From: an uncultured Actinomycetota bacterium
Lineage (GTDB): Bacteria > Actinomycetota > Actinomycetes > JAHEKZ01
Direction: 5' to 3'
NCBI GenBank assembly: GCA_963743915.1
Contig: CAVURN010000002.1
Location: 192,001-256,000, forward strand
Length of the DNA stretch: 64,000 nt
Part shown: in pieces, positions 62,587 through 64,000 of the stretch
Layout of the letters: each line of letters starts with the position of its first letter
Position numbering within the stretch: the stretch's first letter is position 1
Program-made: the position numbers and the translations under genes
The notes under the pieces: model-generated
The model's input: only the letters and a program-made list of their open reading frames with translations
Database searches by the model: none
What the model was told of the DNA's origin: nothing

Positions 62587-64000
62587 ATGACCAGTCCGTC
62601 CGACCGCTACGCCCAGTGGCGGACGCGGCAGCAGCTCGGCGAGGAGTCGACCGAGGCTGTGGTCACCGAGTTCCGCAACGGCTACTCCTTCGGCCTCGAC
62701 TCCTTCCAGGTACGCGCCTGTGAGGCACTCGCGGAGGGCAAGGCCGTGCTCGTGGCGGCCCCCACCGGGTCGGGCAAGACGGTGGTCGGCGAGTTCGCCA
62801 TCGAGCTGGCGTTACGGGCCGGGCGCAAGTGCTTCTACACCACGCCCATCAAGGCGCTGTCGAACCAGAAGTACCGCGATCTCGTGGAGCGCCACGGCGA
62901 GACGAACGTCGGGCTGCTCACCGGTGACAACACCGTCAACGGGGAGGCACCGGTGGTCGTCATGACGACCGAGGTGCTGCGCAACATGCTCTACGCGGGC
63001 TCGGGCACCCTGCTCGACCTGGCGTTCGTCGTGATGGACGAGGTGCACTACCTCGCGGACCGGTTCCGTGGGGCGGTCTGGGAGGAGGTGATCATCCACC
63101 TGCCCGACTCGGTCACGCTGGTGGCGCTGTCGGCCACGGTCAGCAACGCGGAGGAGTTCGGCGCCTGGATCGAGACGGTCCGCGGTCCGACCGAGGTGGT
63201 GGTCTCCGAGCACCGTCCGGTGCCGCTCTGGCAGCAGGTGATGGCCGGTCGGCAGCTGTTCGACCTGTTCGCCGACGACGACCACCGGCGGGTCAACCCC
63301 GAGCTGCAGCGGATGGCACGCGACGAGGAGCGGCTCCGTCGGCTGCGTGGGCACCGTCCGAGACGAGGGGAGCGTCGCGGCCGACCACCCGGCGTCCCGA
63401 GCCGACGGGACGTCGTCGAAGCCCTGCAGCGACGGGAGATGCTCCCCGCCATCTACTTCGTCTTCTCGCGCGCCGGCTGCGACGCGGCCGTCCAGCAGCT
63501 GCTGCAGACCGGTGTGCGGCTCACCGACCCGGACAGGCGTGCGGAGATCCGCCAGGCCGTCGAGGCGCGCACCGCCCACCTGTCCGACGAGGACCTGCGC
63601 GTTCTTGGGTACGGGGACTTCCTGGACGGTCTCGAGCGCGGTTTCGCGGCCCACCATGCCGGACTGCTGCCGGTCTTCAAGGAGATCGTCGAGGACCTCT
63701 TCGCGCGTGGCCTGGTGATGGTCGTCTTCGCCACCGAGACGCTCGCCCTCGGCGTCAACATGCCCGCGCGGACGGTGGTGATCGAACGGCTGACCAAGTG
63801 GAACGGTGAGGCGCACGTCGAGGTCACCGCCGCCGAGTACACCCAGCTCACCGGTCGCGCGGGTCGTCGCGGTATCGACGTCGAGGGCGACGCCGTCGTG
63901 CTGTGGCAGCCCGGCTTCGACCCGCAGCAGCTCGCCGGGCTCGCCTCCACCCGCACCTACCCCCTGCGGTCTTCCTTCCGCCCCACCTACAACATGGCGG
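62587..64000 (+). CDS. helY: Ski2-like DEAD/DEAH RNA helicase HelY (3' end runs off window)
   Basis: Manual translation: AAPTGSGKT, TPIKALSNQK, MDEVH, LSAT, HHAGL, ATETLALGVNMPAR, GRAGRRG. Confidence 0.93.
   Translation, partial: MTSPSDRYAQWRTRQQLGEESTEAVVTEFRNGYSFGLDSFQVRACEALAEGKAVLVAAPTGSGKTVVGEFAIELALRAGRKCFYTTPIKALSNQKYRDLVERHGETNVGLLTGDNTVNGEAPVVVMTTEVLRNMLYAGSGTLLDLAFVVMDEVHYLADRFRGAVWEEVIIHLPDSVTLVALSATVSNAEEFGAWIETVRGPTEVVVSEHRPVPLWQQVMAGRQLFDLFADDDHRRVNPELQRMARDEERLRRLRGHRPRRGERRGRPPGVPSRRDVVEALQRREMLPAIYFVFSRAGCDAAVQQLLQTGVRLTDPDRRAEIRQAVEARTAHLSDEDLRVLGYGDFLDGLERGFAAHHAGLLPVFKEIVEDLFARGLVMVVFATETLALGVNMPARTVVIERLTKWNGEAHVEVTAAEYTQLTGRAGRRGIDVEGDAVVLWQPGFDPQQLAGLASTRTYPLRSSFRPTYNMA

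Overview
High-GC actinobacterial chromosomal segment, mostly conserved core synteny. It runs SURF1/moaA, dodecin, tldD/tldE, fabG-fabI-sixA, serB, moeA, nfeD-SPFH, cell-wall hydrolases and csp. An accessory block follows (about 19.5-32.9 kb: oxidoreductase/hydrolase operon, sulfatase, GcvT-type oxidase, and a small lower-GC islet ending at tRNA-Leu(GAG)). The rest is uppP-MSMEG_4193-DUF3090-SCO1664-mshC, PAC2, an ABC exporter, a RecB/Cas4-like nuclease, S2P-trmI, the full Pup-proteasome locus (arc, dop, pup, prcB, prcA, pafA), FKBPs, pafB/pafC, tatA/tatC, a DAG-kinase-like gene and helY (truncated). About 15 single-base frameshifts in otherwise intact genes (including fabG, mshC, trmI) look like sequencing indels rather than biology. 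The most interesting signals: (1) a recurring sigma-28/WhiG-like promoter (TCAAG-N15-GCCGAW and variants) in front of two peptidoglycan hydrolases, an uncharacterised Zn-ribbon gene and a PAS-GG(N)EF gene, suggesting an undescribed alternative-sigma regulon; (2) an S51-peptidase fused to a CysRS-like C-terminal tRNA-binding domain; (3) a tRNA-Leu islet bounded by a degenerate tRNA 3' copy; (4) an exact PafBC motif driving the Cas4-like nuclease. All calls are from motif recognition by eye; no database searches were run.
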